DNA of 64,000 nucleotides from an uncultured Myxococcales bacterium (lineage in GTDB: Bacteria > Myxococcota_A > UBA9042): assembly GCA_903842345.1 (NCBI GenBank), contig CAIMLR010000042.1, forward strand, positions 92,857 to 156,856. Reading direction: 5' to 3'. Positions within the stretch are counted from its first letter, which is position 1; each line of letters opens with the position of its first letter. Of this stretch, positions 51,201-57,796 are shown in pieces. The notes under the pieces were generated by a model. It did not search any database, had not been told where the DNA came from, and worked only from the letters and a program-made list of their open reading frames with translations. A program made the translations under genes and the position numbers.

Positions 51201-51602
51201 GCCGGCGACATTCCGCTGATCCTCGGCAACCAACTGTACTCCGGCGGCGGCGGCGCAGGGGCATCAGGCGGACCGGCTGGCTCAGGCGGCCCCGGCGGCC
51301 AAGGCGGAAAGGGCGGGGCCAGCGGCGAAGGCGCCCAGGCGACGTTCTGCACTTCCCAAGGCGGCAACGGGGGCGCGGGCGGCAACGCTGGCCACGGCGG
51401 TGGCGGCGGCGGCGGCAGTGGCGGACCGTCCGCGCTCCTGGCGCTGAGCAACGTGCCCGGCAAGTTGGCAACGACGCTGCAGCAGCAAAACCAGTTGAAG
51501 GCAGTCGGCGGCGGCGGACCCGGCGGACCCGGTGGGCCGTCGATTGGCGCGATGGGCCAGAGCGGCGCCCCCGGTCTCGCCGCCAAAGTCCTGCTCTGGT
51601 GA
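48240..51602 (+). CDS. Giant secreted lipoprotein. It has MopE-like Cys repeats, a right-handed beta-helix-like region and a C-terminal poly-Gly tail.
   Basis: Lipobox 'LGLLGSC'. Repeats include 'TCNGFDDNCNGATDE', 'TCNGQDDDCDGVTDNGF', 'KCNGEDDDCDGATDEE' and 'SCNGLDDDCNGLTDDAW'. A beta-helix-like stretch sits at roughly aa 590-800. The tail is glycine-rich ('GSGGGGGGAAGG…GGSGGGGGSGGCGGSGGLGGGGGGGS…'). Confidence 0.8.
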   Translation: MHCPKSSLATPARFRRRRLFGYLLGALGLLGSCDDTPIGTDGIATDAISDVPANIGDVAFLDSGPVDTGPDAWGCTPGSCATGYSCVAPGGDVTPTCLPDGAFACASCTSDAVCLGGSCTAVGAEGNFCLIPCVATGNGSSCPAGMNCAPRGEGRVCVPANGSCTCRPGNDGAIALCSDLTATTGASCVGQRTCHSASGWTACDAVAPAPETCNGFDDNCNGATDENLSGAPCGVGHCKGQIQCKGGQSACDGAGAITETCNGQDDDCDGVTDNGFVQNGLYVSDGNCGACGNSCAGDIANGTVSCQVIGGKAICAAATCDPGFWRASPKNCAPTAVFSCGTCLTSDDCGGDPCAGGFCHPICTPSAPCLPGYDCVAGVNGDASTCSPKSGSCSCTPANGGGVQSCGHSNSFGTCLGQQMCNPASGWSPCSAPTPMAEKCNGEDDDCDGATDEEVGAGDACDVTNKNGTCPGLWACNGAAGLFCAGSAPKPDSCNGLDDDCNGLTDDAWLNPATLQYDKMDACGACGVICPPAPLSAEVTCAGSPAPACQTSCTPGWVDMDGTLDDGCECYFQSKTDLPDGVDQNCDGVDGDALDAIFVAKIGSDANPGTRLFPVASIPHALALAAAGNKRDVYVAGGVYDGSVDMVAGISIYGGYKPDFAARDPVSYQSAIVGSVPASGPTAAVRCDAIQGIDQMPSRLDGFTLIGADAKALGSSSYGVWSNACDGRFQVTYCQIQAGDGAAGIPGGAGQNGVPGVSGLGGATAHDVGHEGCGVNDFAPGGSGGKAAPCDGVDVSGGAGGTAVCPAYDEDNPAPQCPIAPYVQTKLPQEPGVAGLGKAGGAGGASGADSYIDSNKGVATTCSNGKAGCNLCYVPVLPRDGVDGQDGQMGTSGPAGVGGGMAAGSVANGAWQPSAGGTGGGGQPGSGGGGGGAAGGVEVHDCGGTSAQYTDVGGSGGGGGSGGCGGSGGLGGGGGGGSFAVFVVATAAGDIPLILGNQLYSGGGGAGASGGPAGSGGPGGQGGKGGASGEGAQATFCTSQGGNGGAGGNAGHGGGGGGGSGGPSALLALSNVPGKLATTLQQQNQLKAVGGGGPGGPGGPSIGAMGQSGAPGLAAKVLLW
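50990..51140 (+). repeat. GGC-rich microsatellite-like tract encoding poly-Gly
   Basis: Runs of 'ggcggcggcggcggc' on the coding strand of the 48240..51602 gene. Confidence 0.8.
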
Positions 51603-51665
51603 CACGAATCGCTGGCGCCCCACCGCTCCTCCCGCTATCCTCCGCCGCCCACGAGGCCGCCCATC

Positions 51666-52211
51666 ATGCACGTCAGCCAAGCGATCCTGTCCCGCCGTTC
51701 GCACAAAATGTTCCACGGCGCCGCGGTTCCCGATGAGGACCTGAAGCACCTGCTGGAGCTGGCGATTTGGGCGCCGAATCACAAGTTCACCGAGCCGTGG
51801 CGCTTCACGGTGCTGCCCAAACGGTCGTTCGGCGCGCTTTTGTATGCGCTCGAGGTGTCCGCCGACACGGAGAAGGCGCGCGGCAAACTGCACAAACTCC
51901 GGGACATCCTCGACGGCGCGGGCGGCGCGATCGCCGTGCGGCAGGTGCGCTCGCCCGACAACCCCGAGCGCGATCAGGAGGACTACGCGGCCTGCGCCAT
52001 CGCCTGCCAGCACATCCAACTGGGCGCCTGGGAACGCGGCTGGGCGTCGTATTGGACAACGAGCGCCGGCTTCATCGGCGGCGGCCTCGCCGAGTTCTGG
52101 CACACAGCGCCGGACGAACGGCTTGTCGGCGTGATCTTTCTGGGCAAAGCCGCGCTGGAGATGCCCGCGGTGCGCCGGCACTCGGCCGAGAGCTTGGCGG
52201 TGTGGCTGTGA
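51666..52211 (+). CDS. Nitroreductase-family protein
   Basis: 'RRSHKMF…LLELAIWAPNHKFTEPWRFTVL' is the nitroreductase fold signature. Confidence 0.8.
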   Translation: MHVSQAILSRRSHKMFHGAAVPDEDLKHLLELAIWAPNHKFTEPWRFTVLPKRSFGALLYALEVSADTEKARGKLHKLRDILDGAGGAIAVRQVRSPDNPERDQEDYAACAIACQHIQLGAWERGWASYWTTSAGFIGGGLAEFWHTAPDERLVGVIFLGKAALEMPAVRRHSAESLAVWL

Positions 52212-53335
52212 GCTACACCTTTCACCTCGATCACGTGTGCGCTGAGTCGGGCGCCCGCGCGGCGACGATCACGACGACGCACGGCACGATCCAGACGCCC
52301 ATCTTCATGCCGGTCGGCACGCAGGGCACGGTCAAGGGCGTGCTGCCGCGCGATCTGCGCGAGATGGGCGCCCAGATCATCCTCGCCAACACGTACCACC
52401 TGATGCTGCGGCCGGGCGCGGAGCGCATTCAGGCGGCGGGCGGACTGCACAAGTTCGTCGCGTGGGATCGGCCCATGCTGACCGACTCCGGCGGCTTTCA
52501 GGTCTACTCGCTGGCCAAGATGCGCAAAATCACCGACGACGGCGCCGTCTTCCAGAGCCACATCGACGGCTCCCGCCATACGCTCAACGCCGAGCATGCG
52601 ATGTACCTGCAGGAGGCTTTTGGCTCCGACATCATGATGGCGTTTGACGAGTGCCCGCCGGCCAAGGCGGAGGCGCGCACCATCCAGACCGCGATGCGCC
52701 GCACAACGGCTTGGCTGGACCGCTGCATCGCCGCGCGCAAACGCCAGGACGACTGCGCGCTTTACGGCATCGTGCAAGGCGGCGTCGATCTGGAACTGCG
52801 CAGCCAGCACGTCGCGCAGATTTGCCAGCGCGACTGCGAAGGCTTCGCCATCGGCGGGCTCTCCGTGGGTGAGCCGCTGCCGGAGACGTACGCCGCTTGC
52901 GAACACACCGCTGCGCAGATGCCCCGCGACAAGGCGCGCTACCTCATGGGCGTCGGCACGCCGGAGGATCTGATCCGCTGCATTGGCTATGGCGTCGACC
53001 AATTTGACTGCGTGCTGCCGAGTCGCAACGCCCGCCACGGCGTGGTCTATACGTGGGACGGCAAGTTGGCCATCAAGAACAAGCGGTTCTTTGACGACGA
53101 CGGCCCGTTGGATCCGCACTGCACCTGCAGCATCTGCGCGCAATTCAGCCGCAGCTACATCCGCCATTTGTTCATTGCCGGTGAACTGTTGGCGTCGACG
53201 CTCTTGACCACGCACAATCTGGCGTTTTACTTGCAGCTCGTGAATGCCGCGCGGTCTGCCATTTTGGCCGATCAGTACGGCACGTGGTCCAAGGCCATGC
53301 TCGCCCGCCTGGACAGCAAAAAGTGGGCAGCGTAA
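52208..53335 (+). CDS. tgt: Queuine tRNA-ribosyltransferase
   Basis: 'IQTPIFMPVGTQGTVKG', 'AQIILANTYHL' and the zinc motif 'CTCSICAQFSRSYIRHL' are present. The likely GTG start at 52208 overlaps the nitroreductase stop; the ORF-track N-extension is rejected. Confidence 0.9.
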   Translation: MSYTFHLDHVCAESGARAATITTTHGTIQTPIFMPVGTQGTVKGVLPRDLREMGAQIILANTYHLMLRPGAERIQAAGGLHKFVAWDRPMLTDSGGFQVYSLAKMRKITDDGAVFQSHIDGSRHTLNAEHAMYLQEAFGSDIMMAFDECPPAKAEARTIQTAMRRTTAWLDRCIAARKRQDDCALYGIVQGGVDLELRSQHVAQICQRDCEGFAIGGLSVGEPLPETYAACEHTAAQMPRDKARYLMGVGTPEDLIRCIGYGVDQFDCVLPSRNARHGVVYTWDGKLAIKNKRFFDDDGPLDPHCTCSICAQFSRSYIRHLFIAGELLASTLLTTHNLAFYLQLVNAARSAILADQYGTWSKAMLARLDSKKWAA

Positions 53336-53346
53336 AGGACAATCCG

Positions 53347-53814
53347 ATGGCATGGCCCAAAGCTGGCGACACCGCCCATGATTTCACGCTGCCCGATCAG
53401 GACGGCAACCCGGTGACGCTCTCTGCGCTGTGGGCCAAAGGTCCGCTGGTGCTGTATTTCTATCCAAAAGACGAGACTGCCGGCTGCACCGCCGAAGCCT
53501 GCAGTTTCCGCGACAGTTTTGAAGTCTTCCGCGACGCTGGCGCGTCCGTCGTGGGCGTGAGCCGCGACAGCGTGGCCAGCCACAAGAGCTTCGCCGCGCA
53601 CCATCGCCTGCCGTTCACGCTGCTCGCCGACGTCGCGGGCACCGCCCATGAAGCGTGGGGGATCCAGAAGCGGTTTGGCTTCCTGACGGACCGCGTGACG
53701 TTCGTGATCGACCCCAAGGGCATCGTGCGCCACACGTTCGATTCGCAGCTGCGGATGGGCAAGCACATCGACGAGTCGCTCGCGGTCGTCAAGAAGCTCG
53801 CAGTGGGGGCGTAG
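53347..53814 (+). CDS. bcp: Peroxiredoxin Bcp (AhpC/TSA family)
   Basis: 'VLYFYPKDETAGCTAEACSFRD' carries the peroxidatic Cys motif. The start used is 'MAWPKAG' at 53347. Confidence 0.9.
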   Translation: MAWPKAGDTAHDFTLPDQDGNPVTLSALWAKGPLVLYFYPKDETAGCTAEACSFRDSFEVFRDAGASVVGVSRDSVASHKSFAAHHRLPFTLLADVAGTAHEAWGIQKRFGFLTDRVTFVIDPKGIVRHTFDSQLRMGKHIDESLAVVKKLAVGA

Positions 53815-54531
53815 ATGCAGATCAAGACGGAGGACTTCACGTACCAGCACGGCGGCCGCACGTTTGCCGGCTACCTGGCGTGGAATGCCGATCTGCACGA
53901 GCAGCGTCCGGGCATCGCCATCGTCCACGAGTGGTTTGGCCCGGGCGACAACGTCAAGCGGCGCGCGCGGATGTTGGCGGAGCTGGGGTACGTGGGTTTT
54001 GCGGTCGACATGTACGGCGTCGACGTGCGGCCGACCAATCCGGGTGAAGCGGCGGCGGCGATGAACGACGTGCAGGCGGACCGCGAGGAACTGCGGGCGC
54101 GCCTCAAGACGGCGATCCACGTGCTGCAGAACGACGATCGCGTGGATGCCCTTCAGGTCGCGGCGATCGGCTACTGTTTTGGCGGCGGCTGCGTACTGGA
54201 ACTCGCGCGATCGGGCGCAGAACTCGCCGGCGTGGTCAGCTTTCACGGCGCGCTGCAGACCTCACTGCCGGCGCAGGCCAAGCCCAACGCGAAAATCCTC
54301 GTGTTGCACGGCGCCGACGATCCGTTCGTCGATCCGCCGAAGATCGCGACCTTCATGGCGGAGATGCGCGCGGTCCACGCGGACTGGCAGATGGTTTACT
54401 ACGGCGGCGCGGTGCACAGTTTCACCAATCCGCAGGCGCACGATCTGCAGGCCGGCTTCTGTTTTGACGCCAAGGCGGACGCGCGCAGCTGGATGCACAT
54501 GCGCACATTCTTCATTGAACTTTTCGCCTAG
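53815..54531 (+). CDS. Dienelactone hydrolase-family protein
   Basis: DLH fold; 'AIGYCFGGG' nucleophile region. Confidence 0.8.
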   Translation: MQIKTEDFTYQHGGRTFAGYLAWNADLHEQRPGIAIVHEWFGPGDNVKRRARMLAELGYVGFAVDMYGVDVRPTNPGEAAAAMNDVQADREELRARLKTAIHVLQNDDRVDALQVAAIGYCFGGGCVLELARSGAELAGVVSFHGALQTSLPAQAKPNAKILVLHGADDPFVDPPKIATFMAEMRAVHADWQMVYYGGAVHSFTNPQAHDLQAGFCFDAKADARSWMHMRTFFIELFA

Positions 54532-54534
54532 CGG

Positions 54535-56127
54535 CTACTTGCGCGGCAACCGCTGGCGCTCCTGGCCTTTTTGCACGGCCAGCAGCGCCGGCGCGTGATC
54601 CTGCAGGTACGCGAGGTAATCCTCCGCCGTCAGCAACGGCGCGACGCGCTCCGCCTCCACTTCCGCCTCCAGCCAGCGCTGAACTTCACCAAGCCATGGC
54701 CCAGGATGCAGGCCCGTCGCCTGCATGATCACGTGCCCCAAGCCCTTGGGCAGCGGCGGCACCTTGGCGTCCTCCGCGGCGATCAGGCGGATCCGCTTGA
54801 GCAACTCCTCCGCCAGGCTGCGCACTTCCGCGATGCGCCACTGCCGCTTGGTCGTGAAGTCGCTGCTGGAAAACGCGAGCACGTCCTCCAGATGTGGCCC
54901 CATGTCGCGGATCAGCCGCCGCACCGCGGAGTCGGTCCAGTCCGCCGCGTATACGTTGGCCCGGGCGTGGTTGCCGATCACGTAGACAACGCGATCGCGC
55001 AGCGCCTGATCGAGGTGGAAACGCCCGGCGACGCCTTCCATCAGGCTCGCGCCCAGCTCTTCATGGCGAAAGAAGTGCACCTTGCCCTGCTTGTTGACGG
55101 AACGCGTCCAGACCTTGCCGGAATCGTGCATCAGCGCCGCCCAGCGCACCGCCAGCGATTGCGGGCATTTCTCCACAACCTGCAGCGTGTGGTCCCAGAT
55201 GTCCTTGTGGTGGACGTTGCAGGACTTGTGGAAGTCGACCATGAGGCAAACTTCCGGCACCATGCGCTGCAATGCTTCGCAATCAAACAGGAATTGCAGG
55301 CCTTCGCCGGCGTGTTCGCCCAGCAGCACTTCCCCGAACCGCTCCGCCCAGACCGCGCGCTCGACGGAAAGCACGTTGCCAGCGTCGCGACGCGCCAACC
55401 GCAGCAGTTCGTTGTCCGGCAGCAGACCCGACCGCGCCGTCAGCACTGCCAGATCCAGCACGCGTTCAGGACCTTGCGCCAACCAGGCGCGCGGATCGCC
55501 GGGAATGCGCAGGCGACGATCGCGGGCATCCCCCGCATTGTTCCACGGATCGATCGTGCGGCCGCGGGCATCAAGCGCCACCGCCCACGCGCGAATCGGC
55601 TCGGCCGCCAGCAGCGCCGCAACGGCTTCCTCGCTCTCGTTTGGCAACGGCTGCACCGCGATCGGCAGATCGCCCGGCAATTCGGCGATCGCGGCGATCG
55701 GCCCCGCCACGGCAAACCGCCAGGGGGTGAAACGCGGCAGCGGCCGATCGCCCAGAAGCGCACATGCGGCGGGACCGAGGAGCCACGCTTGACTGCCCGC
55801 CGCGGTGAGCGTCTGAAAAACGCGCTGCAACTGCGCGAGTTGCTTTGGCTCCTGATTTCCGATGACGGCTTCTTGCGGCACGATGTCCTGACTTTGCCGC
55901 AACATCCAGCGTCGGCGCAACGCGGTGTAGCGAGCGCGTGCCTCAGGGTCAAGCGATACCGCAAAGTAGCCTGCGTTGTTGACAATGACGGACCCGAATG
56001 TTAGTAATTGAATGGGGATCCGTGATCCACATGCAATGCCCCCCTTGCGCGTGGACAAGTTGGAGACCGTGGGTAGCTGTCCGGGCCAATGGCGCGGTAA
56101 CAGACGCCCGGTGCTGGCAGGCTGCAA
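54535..56127 (-). CDS. CCA-adding-enzyme-like protein. The HD phosphohydrolase domain is intact but the nucleotidyltransferase head has degenerate catalytic motifs.
   Basis: The head-domain motif 'TIDPWNNAGDARDRRLRIP' matches E. coli Cca 'IIDPFNGIGDLENRLLRHV'. The HD domain is intact ('HHKD…HDSGK…HFFRHEELG'). The 'GGAVRD…DxD' region reads 'GPAACALLGDRPLPRFTPW' instead. The true start is uncertain. Confidence 0.75.
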   Translation of the reverse strand: MQPASTGRLLPRHWPGQLPTVSNLSTRKGGIACGSRIPIQLLTFGSVIVNNAGYFAVSLDPEARARYTALRRRWMLRQSQDIVPQEAVIGNQEPKQLAQLQRVFQTLTAAGSQAWLLGPAACALLGDRPLPRFTPWRFAVAGPIAAIAELPGDLPIAVQPLPNESEEAVAALLAAEPIRAWAVALDARGRTIDPWNNAGDARDRRLRIPGDPRAWLAQGPERVLDLAVLTARSGLLPDNELLRLARRDAGNVLSVERAVWAERFGEVLLGEHAGEGLQFLFDCEALQRMVPEVCLMVDFHKSCNVHHKDIWDHTLQVVEKCPQSLAVRWAALMHDSGKVWTRSVNKQGKVHFFRHEELGASLMEGVAGRFHLDQALRDRVVYVIGNHARANVYAADWTDSAVRRLIRDMGPHLEDVLAFSSSDFTTKRQWRIAEVRSLAEELLKRIRLIAAEDAKVPPLPKGLGHVIMQATGLHPGPWLGEVQRWLEAEVEAERVAPLLTAEDYLAYLQDHAPALLAVQKGQERQRLPRK

Positions 56128-56217
56128 AGTCCGCTGGGAACCGCCGGACGCTGGATTAGGCTTGCATCGCGGTCGTGACTTGGAGAAACTGCCCTGCAGG
56201 GGTCATGCCCGGGTCCA

Positions 56218-56238
56218 CAGGATCCGGACAGGATCCTG
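56218..56238 (+). other. Perfect 8-bp stem hairpin (caggatcc-ggaca-ggatcctg) in the 360-bp leader upstream of the HGS-repeat gene
   Basis: The inverted repeat was read directly from the sequence. Confidence 0.4.
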
Positions 56239-56486
56239 ACGACGGCCTCCGGGTCGTCAATGTGGGGGTCAGCAACGATCCCAGCCAAGGGTCTGAGCAT
56301 GTCCGACGAGCGTCGGAACCTCAGACCGCCCGAGTCCTCGGCGAAAGCTGGCGATGGAGGCAGATAACGCTGAGTGTTGACGTCGGTAACCCTACTGACG
56401 ACAGCCCGCCAGCGAGGTATCAATCGGGCACCGGCGCTTGCACGCGCAACTGACGAATGCGCAAAGGCGTAATGAGAGGGGAGACG

Positions 56487-56795
56487 ATGAAGAAGACGCT
56501 TCCGAAATTGAAAAAGAATGCTGCGGATTTCCTGTCCTCGGAAGAGGGCGCGATCAGCGAGAAGCAGGAGGAGCGCGTCTCGACCTTCCTGACCCTGTCG
56601 GGCGGCGATAGCATGCTCCCGGGCGACGTGAACCTGTCGGCTGAACACTGTTCGCACGGCTCGCACGGCAGCCACGGCTCGCACGGCTCGCACGGCAGCC
56701 ACGGCTCGCACGGTTCGCACGGCAGCCATGGTTCGCACGGCTCGCACGGCAGCCACGGCTCGCACGGCTCGCACGGTTCGCACGGCTCCTGGTAA
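56487..56795 (+). CDS. Small His-Gly-Ser tandem-repeat peptide (102 aa): a leader-like N-terminal segment followed by (SHG)x~15
   Basis: The RBS 'gagggga' sits 5 nt upstream of the ATG. Sequence 'MKKTLPKLKKNAADFLSSEEGAISEKQEERVSTFLTLSGGDSMLPGDVNLSAEHC' is followed by 'SHGSHG…SHGSW' and a stop. There is no signal peptide. Confidence 0.6.
   Translation: MKKTLPKLKKNAADFLSSEEGAISEKQEERVSTFLTLSGGDSMLPGDVNLSAEHCSHGSHGSHGSHGSHGSHGSHGSHGSHGSHGSHGSHGSHGSHGSHGSW
56650..56792 (+). repeat. Tandem 9-bp repeat (about 16 units of cac-ggc-wsn) encoding the His-Gly-Ser repeat
   Basis: The units 'cacggctcg', 'cacggcagc' and 'cacggttcg' alternate. All variation is synonymous. Confidence 0.9.
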
Positions 56796-57026
56796 GTTGG
56801 CAGTCCAGCGCGTCAGGTCGATCAGCGGCCCGTCGCGCGGACTCTCTCCCAGACCAAGCCGACCGCGCCACGCCCGTTCGGGAACATTGACCGTCAGCGG
56901 TTTTTGACCGCGGGCGTCGACAATCTGCGACAATCAAGCGCCGCTTTCGCGCTTTGTGCCGCGATCCGTCAAAACTGCGCATCGATTCGTCAGCCGCGTG
57001 CGCGGGCCATGCCCTCCCAACTTCAG

Positions 57027-57605
57027 CTACTGCTGGCCCTCGCCGACCAGCCCTGCCGCAACGCGCAGGCGATGCAGCAGCCTTTGGTGCGCGCGCTGCA
57101 ACTGGTCCACCGACCAACGCCCCTGCTCCGCCACCTCGCGCAGCGCCCGGTCCTGGCCGTAGACCGCCTGCAGGACGATCTTCTCACAGCTTGGCAAGTC
57201 ACTCGCCACGCGTTCGACGGTGCGCCACGCGTCCAGCCGCTCGGAAACCGACGGCCCCATCGGGTCCTCCGGCTGCTCGGTCGCCCGCTCACGCGCCCGC
57301 AGGTAGCGCGCCTCCGCCCGCACCGCATCCAGCGCCCGACCGCGCATGCGCGCGTACGCGAAGGTCGTCAGGCGCGTGCCGCGTTGGGCGTCAAACCGCC
57401 GCTGGCTCTCCAGCAGGCCGAGCGTCGCCTCGCTCGCGAGGTCCAGGCGCTGCGCTGCGTGGCGGTTCTGCCGCACGCCAACCGCTGCGGCAACGCGCCA
57501 GCCAGCGGGTTCAGTCTGCGGAATCTGTGGGCGGACGACGGCGAACTGCATGGCAACCTCCGGAGGCAAAGACGCCGCGGCGTGCGGCACCAGAAGACCA
57601 AGCAA
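57027..57605 (-). CDS. Sigma-70-family sigma factor (ECF/FliA-like size, regions 2 and 4)
   Basis: Region 2.2-like 'LGLLESQRRFDAQRGTRLTTFAYARMRGRALD' and region 4.2-like helix-turn-helix 'ALREVAEQGRWSVDQLQRAHQRLLHRLR'. Confidence 0.7.
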   Translation of the reverse strand: MLGLLVPHAAASLPPEVAMQFAVVRPQIPQTEPAGWRVAAAVGVRQNRHAAQRLDLASEATLGLLESQRRFDAQRGTRLTTFAYARMRGRALDAVRAEARYLRARERATEQPEDPMGPSVSERLDAWRTVERVASDLPSCEKIVLQAVYGQDRALREVAEQGRWSVDQLQRAHQRLLHRLRVAAGLVGEGQQ

Positions 57606-57796
57606 GGATTGGACCAGATCTGCTGATTGCGGCTTTTCACTTTTCGGAAAGCGCAGTTGGATCGCACATCATCGCGTACTGCGCCACAGTTCGCCGGTGC
57701 ATGCAGGCCCCACTGCGGCCAACCAAGAGAAACGTTGACGCGCGGCTGGAGAAGATTATTGTCGCCTCTGTGCGTCCTGCGCACCCAAGGAATGTC

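Noticed and set aside
56650-56792. Possible CRISPR array or VNTR outside a gene
   Set aside because: The units are 9 bp and contiguous with no spacers. They are in-frame inside a CDS, so this is a coding tandem repeat, not CRISPR.
56554-57117. Minus-strand ORF reading the 9-bp repeat as '(RASRGC)n'
   Set aside because: There is no RBS or leader logic. The + strand frame has a strong RBS, a sensible hydrophilic leader and a stop immediately after the repeat. I treat it as the mirror of the real gene.
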